This document shows, piece after piece, positions 8,616-17,138 of a stretch of DNA of 26,137 nt (position 1 is its first letter; every line of letters begins with the position of its first letter). Under the pieces are notes generated by a model, which saw only the letters and a program-made list of their open reading frames with translations, did not search any database and was not told the DNA's origin. The DNA comes from Myxococcota bacterium (lineage in GTDB: Bacteria > Myxococcota_A > UBA796 > UBA2385). Location of the stretch: assembly GCA_044344255.1 (NCBI GenBank), contig JBIJDH010000047.1:1-26137 (forward strand). Direction: 5' to 3'. A program made the position numbers and the translations under genes.

Positions 8616-11600
8616 TTGACGCGCCTGTTGAACGCCGTCATCCGGGCCTCGCTCGAACACCGGGGGGCGGTGCTCGTCGCCTGGCTGGCGGTCGCCCTCG
8701 TGGGCGTGTTGTCGCTCCAGCGCCTCCCGATGGACGCCTTCCCCGACACCACGCCGGTGCAGGTGCAGGTCAACGCCGCCGCCCCCGCCCTCTCCCCCTT
8801 GGAGGTGGAGCGGCAGATCACGGCGCCGGTCGAGGCCGCCCTGTCGGGGCTCCCCGACCTCGAGGAGGTGCGCTCCGTCTCCAAGTTCGGCTTCTCGCAG
8901 GTCACCCTCGCCTTCGCCGAGGGGGCCGACCTCTGGCGGGCCCGACAGACCGTGGCTGAGCGGCTCGGTGGGGTGGAGCTACCCGACGGCATCGACCGGC
9001 CCCAGCTCGGCCCGGTGGCCACCGGCCAGGGCGAGGTCTTTCACTACCTCGTGCAGGGGGAGGGCAAGTCCCTCGCCGACCTGCGGGGGGTGCAGGACTG
9101 GATCGTCAAGCCGCAGCTCCGCGCCGTGCCCGGGGTGGCCGAGGTGAACAGCTGGGGCGGCGACGAGCGGCGCGTCGAGGTCGTGGTCGATCCCCACGAT
9201 CTCCAGCGCTACGGGCTCTCCCTCGACGCGGTGCTGGAGGCCCTCGAGCAGAACAACGAGAACGTGGGCGGCGGCTCCTTTGACCTCGCCGGTGAGGCCA
9301 CCCTCGTGCAGGGGGTGGGCGTGATCGAGACGCTCGCCGACGTCGAGCGGGTGGTGATCCGCGCCCCCGGCGGCGTGCCCGTGCGGGTGGGCGACGTGGC
9401 GCAGGTGAGGGAGGGGCGGGAGCTCCGGCGCGGCGCGGTCACCGCCGATGGTCGCGGGGAGGCCGTGCTCGGGCTCGGCTTTATGTTGATGGGCGAGAAC
9501 AGCCACGACGTGACCACGCGCCTCGCGCTCCGCCTCGACGAGGTGCGGCGGACCCTCCCCGCGGGGGTGCACGTCGACACCGTCTACGCGCGCACCACGC
9601 TCGTGGACCAGGTGCTGCACACCGTCGAGAAGAACCTCTTCGAGGGGGCGCTGCTCGTCATCGCGATCATCCTCATCTTCCTCGGTGACCTGCGGGCCGG
9701 GCTGATCGTGGCCGCCGTCATCCCGCTCTCCATGCTCTTCGCCTCCAGCCTGATGCTCCAGGCGGGCATCAGCGGGAGCCTGATGAGCCTCGGGGCCCTC
9801 GACTTCGGGCTCCTCGTCGACAGCGCGATCATCCAGGTGGAGAACGCCGTGCGGCGGCTCGGCCTCGCCGAGGGCCGGCGCCGGGTCGACGTCGTGCGGG
9901 AGGCGGCGGTGGAGGTGCTCGCCCCCACGATGTTCGGCCAGCTCATCCTCATCGTGGTCTACCTCCCCATCCTCACGCTCGAGGGCGTCGAGGGCCGGCT
10001 CTTCCAGCCGATGGCCCTCACCGTGGTCTTCGCCCTCGTGGGCGCCTCCCTGGCCTCGATCACCCTCATCCCCGTGCTCTCCAGCCTCTTCCTGCCGCAA
10101 GGCCGAGGCGACCACGACAACGCGCTCGTGCGCGGCCTCCGGGCGCTCTATCGACCGCTGCTGCACCGAGCCCTCGGGGCGCCGGGCACCGTCCTCGGCC
10201 TCGCGCTGCTCCTGCTCGTGAACGGGGGCCTCCTCGCGAGCCGCCTGGGCTCGGAGTTCATCCCCCGCCTCAGCGAGGGGACGGTGGTCATCAACACGAT
10301 CCGGGCGGCCAGCGTCTCCCTCGACGAGTCGGTGCGCTACGGCACGCAGATCGAGCGGGCCATCCTGGAGAAGTTCCCCGACGAGGTGGGGCGGGTCTGG
10401 ACGCGCACCGGGAGCGCCGAGGTGGCGACCGACCCGATGGGCACGGAGCTCTCGGACGTCTTCGTCACGCTGCGGCCCCGCGAGCGGTGGACCCGCGCGG
10501 GGAGCCAGGCCGAGCTCGTCACCGCGATGCAGGCCGAGCTCTCGGTGCTCCCGGGGATGCGCATGGTCTTCACCCAGCCCATCGAGATGCGGGTCAACGA
10601 GATGATCGCCGGCATCCGCGCCGACGTGGGCGTCAAGCTCTTCGGCGATGACCTCGAGCTCTTGCGCCAGAAGGCCAAGGAGATCGAGGCCCTCGTCAAG
10701 GCCACCCCCGGCGCCGCCGACGTCGTCACTGAGCAGATGACGGGCCTGCCGCTGCTCCGGGTGGAGGTGGATCGGGCGGCCATCGCCCGCCAGGGCCTGT
10801 CGGCCCACACGGTGCTCGAGGTGGTCGAGGCCCTCGGCGGCCGCGAGGTGGGCGAGCTCCAGGAGGGGGAGCGGCGCGTCCCCATCGCCGTGCGCATCGA
10901 CCCCCGCTACGAGGAGCCCGGCGCCCTCGGCCGCCTGCTGGTGACCACCCCCGCCGGCCAAGAGCTCCCCCTCCAGAGCCTCACGCGCCTCGTCCAGACC
11001 GAGGGCCCCTCGACGATCCAGCGGGAGTGGGCCCGGCGGCGGGTCGTCGTGCAGGCCAACGTGCGCGGTCGAGACGTGGGGAGCTTCGTCCGGGACCTCG
11101 ATCAGGCCCTCGAGGCCGTGGAGCTGCCCCCCGGCTACTTCATCCGCTTCGGCGGCCAGTTCGAGAACCTGGAGCGGGCCCGGAGCCGGCTCTTCATCGT
11201 CGTCCCCTTAGCCCTCGGGCTGATCTTCGCCCTGCTCTACGCGACCTATGGGCGGATGGTCGACGCCCTGCGGGTCTTCACGGGCGTGCCCTTCGCGGCC
11301 GTGGGCGGCGTGCTGGCCCTATGGCTGCGCGACATGCCGATGAGCGTGTCCGCGGCCGTGGGCTTCGTGGCCCTCTCCGGCGTGGCGGTGCTCGGCGACA
11401 TGGTGCTCGTCTCGACCATCCGGCGCAACCTCGCCGCCGGTGAGCCGCTGCGCGAGGCCGTCGAGCGGGCTGCGCTCGAGCGGCTGAGGCCGGTGCTGAT
11501 GACGGCGCTCGTGGCGAGCTGCGGCTTCATCCCGATGGCGCTCAACACGGGGGTGGGCGCCGAGGTGCAGCGGCCCCTGGCGACCGTGGTGATCGGCGGG

Positions 11601-11672
11601 CTCCTCTCCAGCACGGCGCTGACGCTCGTGGTGCTGCCGGTGCTCTACACGGTCCTGCGGCGACGGTCTTGA
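8616..11672 (+). CDS. czcA: CzcA/CusA family heavy-metal efflux RND transporter
   Basis: 1018 aa. DAFPDTTPVQVQV, TM4 ALDFGLLVDSAIIQVEN (HME DFG...D...EN signature), TQPIEMRVNEMIAG, ERLRPVLMTA and GAEVQRPLATVVIGG. Confidence 0.95.
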   Translation: MTRLLNAVIRASLEHRGAVLVAWLAVALVGVLSLQRLPMDAFPDTTPVQVQVNAAAPALSPLEVERQITAPVEAALSGLPDLEEVRSVSKFGFSQVTLAFAEGADLWRARQTVAERLGGVELPDGIDRPQLGPVATGQGEVFHYLVQGEGKSLADLRGVQDWIVKPQLRAVPGVAEVNSWGGDERRVEVVVDPHDLQRYGLSLDAVLEALEQNNENVGGGSFDLAGEATLVQGVGVIETLADVERVVIRAPGGVPVRVGDVAQVREGRELRRGAVTADGRGEAVLGLGFMLMGENSHDVTTRLALRLDEVRRTLPAGVHVDTVYARTTLVDQVLHTVEKNLFEGALLVIAIILIFLGDLRAGLIVAAVIPLSMLFASSLMLQAGISGSLMSLGALDFGLLVDSAIIQVENAVRRLGLAEGRRRVDVVREAAVEVLAPTMFGQLILIVVYLPILTLEGVEGRLFQPMALTVVFALVGASLASITLIPVLSSLFLPQGRGDHDNALVRGLRALYRPLLHRALGAPGTVLGLALLLLVNGGLLASRLGSEFIPRLSEGTVVINTIRAASVSLDESVRYGTQIERAILEKFPDEVGRVWTRTGSAEVATDPMGTELSDVFVTLRPRERWTRAGSQAELVTAMQAELSVLPGMRMVFTQPIEMRVNEMIAGIRADVGVKLFGDDLELLRQKAKEIEALVKATPGAADVVTEQMTGLPLLRVEVDRAAIARQGLSAHTVLEVVEALGGREVGELQEGERRVPIAVRIDPRYEEPGALGRLLVTTPAGQELPLQSLTRLVQTEGPSTIQREWARRRVVVQANVRGRDVGSFVRDLDQALEAVELPPGYFIRFGGQFENLERARSRLFIVVPLALGLIFALLYATYGRMVDALRVFTGVPFAAVGGVLALWLRDMPMSVSAAVGFVALSGVAVLGDMVLVSTIRRNLAAGEPLREAVERAALERLRPVLMTALVASCGFIPMALNTGVGAEVQRPLATVVIGGLLSSTALTLVVLPVLYTVLRRRS

Positions 11673-12178
11673 GGCGGGGCCTGCTCTTCGTGGGCCTGCA
11701 GCTCTTGCTCGTGGCGCTGTGGTTCATCGTCGAGCGGGGTCGGGCGCCCGAGGCCCCCTTCGCCGTGGAGCGCCTCGACCTCGCGGCCCCGGCGCTGCGG
11801 GTGGAGGGCGCGGCGGGCGCCGTGGAGCTGGCCGCCCTCGGCGAGGGGCCCGCGCTCGTCCACTTCTGGGCCACCTGGTGCGCCCCCTGTCGCGAGGAGC
11901 TGCCCGGCCTGATCGCGGCGGCGCGCGCGGCCGATGTGCGCCTGCTCGCCGTCACCGACGAGCACGATGAGGTCGTGGCCGCCTTCTTCGGGGGACAGAC
12001 CCCGCCCGAGGTGGTGCGAGACCCGAGCGGAGAGGCGGCGCGGCGCTTCGGGGTGTCTGGCCTGCCCGACACCTTCGTGGTGGTGGGCGGGGAGCGTATC
12101 GTCGCCCGCATGGGCGGGCCGCGGGACTGGAACACCGAGGGGGCGGAGGCCTTTCTGGAGTCTGTCGGGGGGGAGTGA
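11669..12178 (+). CDS. TlpA/ResA-like membrane-anchored thioredoxin (thiol:disulfide reductase)
   Basis: N-terminal TM helix, HFWATWCAPCREELP and cis-Pro GLPDTFVV. Its start overlaps the RND stop. Confidence 0.9.
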   Translation: MRRGLLFVGLQLLLVALWFIVERGRAPEAPFAVERLDLAAPALRVEGAAGAVELAALGEGPALVHFWATWCAPCREELPGLIAAARAADVRLLAVTDEHDEVVAAFFGGQTPPEVVRDPSGEAARRFGVSGLPDTFVVVGGERIVARMGGPRDWNTEGAEAFLESVGGE

Positions 12179-12214
12179 GGGGGCCTGTCCGGAAGCTGCG
12201 TGAGACCACCCTGC

Positions 12215-12262
12215 TGTGTGGGAACAAACATGTGGTGTGGGAACAAACATGTGGTCTGGGAA
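12215..12262 (+). mobile_element. Candidate Tn7/Tn5053-type transposon terminus: TGT-led 8-bp end plus two tandem 19-bp sites
   Basis: TGTGTGGG (12215-12222), AACAAACATGTGGTGTGGG (12223-12241), AACAAACATGTGGTCTGGG (12242-12260). The repeat itself is certain; the transposon-end reading is inference. Confidence 0.55.
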
Positions 12263-12329
12263 GTGTGAGGGATGGCAGCGGGCCCCGCCAGGCCTACGTG
12301 TGAGGTGTACCCCCGGCCTCCATGGCTGA

Positions 12330-12737
12330 TCACTTAGCGCTCGCCGCCGCCTTTGCGGCCGCGGTGGTCGAGCGACGAGGTCGGCCTGGAGCGGCGACCC
12401 GGCCTTTGACCCTGTCCAGGACGCTGGGATTCCTCCGCCAGTTGGGGTCGAGAGAGAGATGACGGATGGCACTGACGAGGCTGGCCCAAGGCCGAGGCGG
12501 TGTCTCGGGATTGGCCATCATCGCGGCGAGGGCGTGGGCACTGGAGGCGATGGCCTTGGCGACGAGCATCGGATGGAGGGGAGCTTCGGTCAGACGCGGG
12601 GTCTTGTCGCCCACGTAGCCGCGTTCGAGATGGTCCTGGTGGGCATAGGCGTTGGCGATGATAGAGACGATGAGGGCGGCGTGGACGAGGATACGAACGG
12701 AGACGGGGGATTGCGCCGTGACCTGGTCGAGATTGGA
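12330..12737 (-). pseudogene. 3' fragment of an IS4-family-like transposase
   Basis: Frame open 12767->12330 with no credible start: SNLDQVTAQSPVSVRILVHAALIVSIIANAYAHQDHL...PLHPMLVAKAI...DPNWRRNPSVLDRVKG...PGRPRR. It resembles the C-termini of myxobacterial IS4 transposases as recalled, not searched. No DDE core is present. Confidence 0.55.
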
Positions 12738-12800
12738 GGGGTACGCGTCGGGCGAGCATCTCTGCCTTCACGGCACACTTTGTTTGAGAGAGTCCGCACC

Positions 12801-13064
12801 TCATATTCGCGGAGGGGTCCAGTCCCCTCTCTCAAGCGCGCAGTCCAGGAGGCCGAGGCTCGGCGCGGCCTCTGCCAGGGCGTATCGGCTGACTCGCTCG
12901 TCCACCTCCTCTCGTTCGGCCGGGGTCAGTAGACGCCACAGCTCGTCGGACTCTTCCAGGAGCTCGTCCTCGTGGGCCTCGCTGAGCGTACACCGGGCGC
13001 GGCCGACCATGATCAGCCGCTCGATCTGGTAATATCGATCCGCGGCGCTCAACAGGCCCTCCAT
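12801..13064 (-). CDS. Small acidic hypothetical protein
   Basis: 87 aa with helical, protein-like composition (EDELLEESDELWRLLTPAEREEV). No recognisable family. Confidence 0.5.
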   Translation of the reverse strand: MEGLLSAADRYYQIERLIMVGRARCTLSEAHEDELLEESDELWRLLTPAEREEVDERVSRYALAEAAPSLGLLDCALERGDWTPPRI

Positions 13065-13139
13065 TTCAGGCGCTTGGCCGCAAGCAAAGCTTGATACTCC
13101 GCGGACCCCGGCGACCCCTCGTCGGCGCCGGGCGGCGTA

Positions 13140-13198
13140 CCTGGATCCCCAGGCTCCCTGGATCCAGCGTCAATGGGCCTGGATCCAGCGTCAATGCG
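13140..13198. repeat. 21-nt tandem duplication containing the palindrome CTGGATCCAG
   Basis: CCTGGATCCAGCGTCAATGGG (13157-13177), CCTGGATCCAGCGTCAATGCG (13178-13198), and a partial CCTGGATCC at 13140. Confidence 0.9.
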
Positions 13199-13223
13199 CG
13201 TGCCCGCCGCCCCCATGCTCGCC

Positions 13224-14003
13224 CTACCCCGGCGCGCCCGCGGCGCCGGCCGCCGTCGGCTGGAAGGGCAGCGAGAAGGTGGTCTCCCCCGCCTTGACCT
13301 CGATGGTCACGGGGCGGGACCCCGCGCCCTCGGCCTTCGCGGAGAGGGCGCCGGTCTGGGGGTCGAGGGTGAGGGGCAGGGTGGTCTCTCCGTCCTTCAT
13401 CGTCGCCGTGAAGCCGTCTTTCAGGGTCAGGCGGTTGGCGTCGGTGATCCAGAAGCGGTGCTCGGCCCCGGTCCCGACGTACTCGACGTGGTAGTTCGCC
13501 CACATCCCCACCTCCCCGCCGTGGAGCGAGGTGTGGTCGTGGCTCTCGAGGCCGACCTTCGGCACCTCGAAGGTGGCGCTCTGGGCCTTGCCGTCGCGGG
13601 TGAGCGTCACGACGATGGTGGCCGGCTGGCCCTGGACGAGCTTGGCGGGGGCGTGGAGGTGGTCGCCCATCGCCATTAGGGGGACCTGCTCGACCCCGGC
13701 GGGCCCCTTGATGGTGGCGTTGCCGCTGAAGCCCTCGAGCGGCAGCGGCCGGGCGTCGCCGTCGGTGGGCCAGAACATCACGCCGTCCGGCATGGCCAGG
13801 CCCTCGACGTGCATGCCGTCGAGCTCCTTCTGGATGCCGCCGTGGGCGGCGCCGTGGCCGTGGTCGGCGCCGGCGTGGTCGTGCTCGGCGCCGGGGGAAG
13901 GCGCCGGGGTCGCGGCGGGCGCGGCGGGCGGGGCCTCGGGGGCGCCGCCGCAGGCGACGAGGGCGAGGAGGGCGGCGACCGCGAGGAGGGAGGGGGGACG
14001 CAT
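13224..14003 (-). CDS. His-rich periplasmic lipoprotein, putative metal chaperone of the RND system
   Basis: Lipobox LVAC. EHDHAGADHGHGAAHGG, MAMGDHLHAP and SHDHTSLHGG. Last gene of the TolC-adaptor-RND operon. Confidence 0.85.
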   Translation of the reverse strand: MRPPSLLAVAALLALVACGGAPEAPPAAPAATPAPSPGAEHDHAGADHGHGAAHGGIQKELDGMHVEGLAMPDGVMFWPTDGDARPLPLEGFSGNATIKGPAGVEQVPLMAMGDHLHAPAKLVQGQPATIVVTLTRDGKAQSATFEVPKVGLESHDHTSLHGGEVGMWANYHVEYVGTGAEHRFWITDANRLTLKDGFTATMKDGETTLPLTLDPQTGALSAKAEGAGSRPVTIEVKAGETTFSLPFQPTAAGAAGAPG

Positions 14004-14015
14004 CGGTGCTCCAGG

Positions 14016-17000
14016 TCAGGAGAGCCCGTCGGGCTCGGCCTGCGAAGGGGTGAGGGCCTCGAGCGCCGAGCGCCCGAAGCGGAGGAAGACGGTAGGCGTG
14101 ACGAGCATGTCGAGCAGGGTCGAGGAGAGGAGGCCGCCGAGGATGACCTGGGCCACCGGGGTCAAGATCTCCTTGCCCGGCGCTCCGCCTGCGAAGGCCA
14201 GCGGGATGAGGCCGAGGCCGGCGCAGAGCGCGGTCATCGACACGGGGACGAGGCGCTCGAGCGAGCCGCGAATGACCATCGCGGGGCCAAAGGTCTCGCC
14301 CTCCTCCCGCACGAGGTGGATGTAGTGCGAGATCATCAGGATGGTGTTTCGACTGGCGATGCCGCAGAGGGTCACGAAGCCCACGAGCGTCGCCACGGAG
14401 AGGGGCTGGCCGGAGATCCAGATCGCGGCGACGGCGCCGATCAGCGCCATCGGGATGTTCAGGAGCACCTGGACGGTGAGCGTGTGGCTCCGAAAGTGGG
14501 CGTAGAGGACCGTGTACATACCGAGCAGCGAGAGGAGCGAGAGGAGCCCGATCGAGCGGGAGGCCTCCCGTTGGCTCTCGAACTGTCCGCCCACCGAGGC
14601 ATAAGCCCCCTCGGGGAGCGGCACCGTCGATAGGGCCGCCCGCAGGTCCGTGACGACGCTCCCGATGTCGCGCCCTGCGGCGTTCGCCGAGATGACGACG
14701 CGGCGCTGCGAATTCTCGTGGAAGATCTGGTTGGGCCCCGTGCCGGTGTGGAGCGCCGCGAGGTTTCGCAGGGGGATGGCCCGGCCGTCGGGCAGCACGA
14801 TGGGGGCGCCCTCCAGGCGGAGCGGGTCTTCGCGCCAGGGGGCGGCGTAGCGGACGACGAGGTCGAGGCTGCGTACGCCCTCGAGCACCTCGGCGACCAC
14901 GACCCCCGCCATCGCGCCCTCCAGGGTCTCGGTGAGCTGCCCGGGCGCGACGCCGAAGCGGCGGGCCTCGTCGCGGTCGACGACGACCTGGAGCTGCGGC
15001 ACGAGCACCTGGGGCTCGACCGAGACGTCGACGAGGCCGGGGACGTCGCGGATGCGCTCGGCGACGCGGCCGGCGGCCGCTCGCAGCGCGGCGAGGTCTT
15101 CGCCGAAGAGCTTGACGGCGATCGCCGCGCGCACGCCGGAGAGGAGGTGGTCGAGGCGGTGGGAGATCGGCTGCCCGAGGTTGACGGTCAGCCCGGGGAG
15201 GACCGCGAGGCGCGCGCGGATGTCGGCCAGCACCTGCTCCCGGGGCCGGCCCTCGTCTTCGAAGTCGACGTCGATCTCGGTGTAGTGCACGCCCTCGGCG
15301 TGCTCGTCGGCCTCGGCCCGCCCGGTGCGGCGGCCCACGCTGCCCACCTCGGGCACCGCCATGAGCTGCTCCTCGGCCAGGCGGCCCAGGCGGTCGGACT
15401 CGCCGAGGCTGGTGCCGGGGGCGGCGACGAGGTTGATGGTGGCGGTGCCCTCGTTGAAGGGCGGCAGGAAGCTCGTGCCGAGGAAGGGGACAGAGCCCAT
15501 GGCGAGGAGGACCAGGAGCAGCGTGCCCCCGATCACGAGGCCGGGCCGGGGCAAGGCGTAGGCCAGCGCGCGGCGGTCGAGGCGCTTGAGGAGCCGCACC
15601 AGCGCGCCGTCCACCTCCTCCCGGGCGTGGATCGCCCGCGGCAGCAGCCAGACACAGAGGGCCGGCGTGACGGTGAGCGAGACCACCATCGAGGCGAGGA
15701 TCGAGGTGATGTAGGCCACGCCCAAGGGGGCGAAGAGCCGGCCCTCGATGCCGGAGAGCGAGAAGAGCGGCACGAAGACGAGCACCACGAGGATGGTCGA
15801 GAAGACGATCGAGCTCCGCACCTCGCGGCTGGCCTCGAAGACCACCCGGGCGACGCTGCGCGGGCTCGGGGAGCGGGCGTTCTCCTGGAGGCGGCGGAGC
15901 ACGTTCTCCACGTCTACGATCGCGTCGTCGACCAGCTCACCGATGGCCACGGCGAGGCCGCCGAGCGTCATGGTGTTGATCGACATCCCCATCGCGTGCA
16001 GCACGAGCGCGCTCACCACGAAGGAGAGGGGGATGGCGGTGAGCGTGATGGCGGTCGTGCGGGTGTTGAGCAGGAAGGCGATGAGCACGATGACCACGAG
16101 GATCACGCCGTCGCGCAGGGCCTCCTCGACGTTGCCGATCGAGGCGGAGATGAAGTCGGCCTGGCGGAAGAGGGTGGTGACCTCGACCCCCTTCGGGAGC
16201 GCCGTCCCCACCTCGCTGAGCGCGCCCTCGATCGCGCGGGTCAGCGACAGGGTGTCGGCGCCGGGCTGCTTCTGCACGGAGAGGATGACGGCGGGGTGGC
16301 CGTTGACGCCCGCGTCGCCGCGCATCGTGCCGCGCCCCCGCTCGACCGTGGCGAGCTGACCGAGCGTGATCGACACGCCCTCGCGGGTCCCGACGACGGT
16401 GTCGGCGATGCGCGCCGGGTCGGCGGTGCGGGCGAGGTGGCGGAGCGCGTACTCCTGGGACTTACGCTCGACGAAGCCGCCGGTGCTGCTGCCCTGCGCC
16501 CCGGCGGCGGCGGCGTGCACGGCGTCGAGGGTGAAGCCGAAGCGGGCGAGGAGCGTGGGGTCGACCTCGACGTGGAGCTGCTCGACCCCGCCGCCGATGC
16601 TCGTGACCTGGCTCACCCCGGGGATCGAGAGCAGGCGGGGCCGCAGCGTCCAGTCCGCCAGGGTCCGCAGCGCCGGGCCTTGCACCTCGCCCGCGGGTGA
16701 CGAGAGGCCGACCAGCAGGATCTCGCCCATGATCGAGCTCACCGGCCCCATCGCGGGCGTCACCCCGGCGGGGAGGTCGCCCCCGAGCTGCGCGATGCGC
16801 TCGGCGACCTGCTGGCGGGCGCGGTAGATCTCTGTCTCCCAGCCGAACTCGACCCACACCACCGACAGCCCGGGCGCCGACTGCGAGCGCACCCGCTCCA
16901 CCCCCGGCGCCCCGTTCATCGCCGCCTCGACGGGGCGCGTGACCAGGACCTCCACCTCCTCGGGCGAGAGGCCGCCGGACTCGGTCATCAGGGTGACGGT

Positions 17001-17135
17001 CGGGCGGTTGAGGTCGGGGAAGACATCGACCGGGAGCTGGACCGCGGTGTAGCCCCCCCAGGCGAGCAGGAAGGCGGCGATGACGATCGCGAAGAGGCGA
17101 TGGCGGATCGAGGCGCGGATGAGGGCGTCAAACAT
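14016..17135 (-). CDS. CusA/CzcA-superfamily metal efflux RND transporter (second subtype)
   Basis: 1039 aa. VDVFPDLNRPTV, TM4 AIGELVDDAIVDVEN, RTGRAEADEHAEGVH, QPISHRLDHLLSG and ERLVPVSMTA. Confidence 0.95.
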   Translation of the reverse strand: MFDALIRASIRHRLFAIVIAAFLLAWGGYTAVQLPVDVFPDLNRPTVTLMTESGGLSPEEVEVLVTRPVEAAMNGAPGVERVRSQSAPGLSVVWVEFGWETEIYRARQQVAERIAQLGGDLPAGVTPAMGPVSSIMGEILLVGLSSPAGEVQGPALRTLADWTLRPRLLSIPGVSQVTSIGGGVEQLHVEVDPTLLARFGFTLDAVHAAAAGAQGSSTGGFVERKSQEYALRHLARTADPARIADTVVGTREGVSITLGQLATVERGRGTMRGDAGVNGHPAVILSVQKQPGADTLSLTRAIEGALSEVGTALPKGVEVTTLFRQADFISASIGNVEEALRDGVILVVIVLIAFLLNTRTTAITLTAIPLSFVVSALVLHAMGMSINTMTLGGLAVAIGELVDDAIVDVENVLRRLQENARSPSPRSVARVVFEASREVRSSIVFSTILVVLVFVPLFSLSGIEGRLFAPLGVAYITSILASMVVSLTVTPALCVWLLPRAIHAREEVDGALVRLLKRLDRRALAYALPRPGLVIGGTLLLVLLAMGSVPFLGTSFLPPFNEGTATINLVAAPGTSLGESDRLGRLAEEQLMAVPEVGSVGRRTGRAEADEHAEGVHYTEIDVDFEDEGRPREQVLADIRARLAVLPGLTVNLGQPISHRLDHLLSGVRAAIAVKLFGEDLAALRAAAGRVAERIRDVPGLVDVSVEPQVLVPQLQVVVDRDEARRFGVAPGQLTETLEGAMAGVVVAEVLEGVRSLDLVVRYAAPWREDPLRLEGAPIVLPDGRAIPLRNLAALHTGTGPNQIFHENSQRRVVISANAAGRDIGSVVTDLRAALSTVPLPEGAYASVGGQFESQREASRSIGLLSLLSLLGMYTVLYAHFRSHTLTVQVLLNIPMALIGAVAAIWISGQPLSVATLVGFVTLCGIASRNTILMISHYIHLVREEGETFGPAMVIRGSLERLVPVSMTALCAGLGLIPLAFAGGAPGKEILTPVAQVILGGLLSSTLLDMLVTPTVFLRFGRSALEALTPSQAEPDGLS

Positions 17136-17138
17136 CGT

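Noticed and set aside
12216..12262. Mini-CRISPR or iteron array
   Set aside because: There are only two full abutting units, no spacers, and no cas or rep gene in the window.
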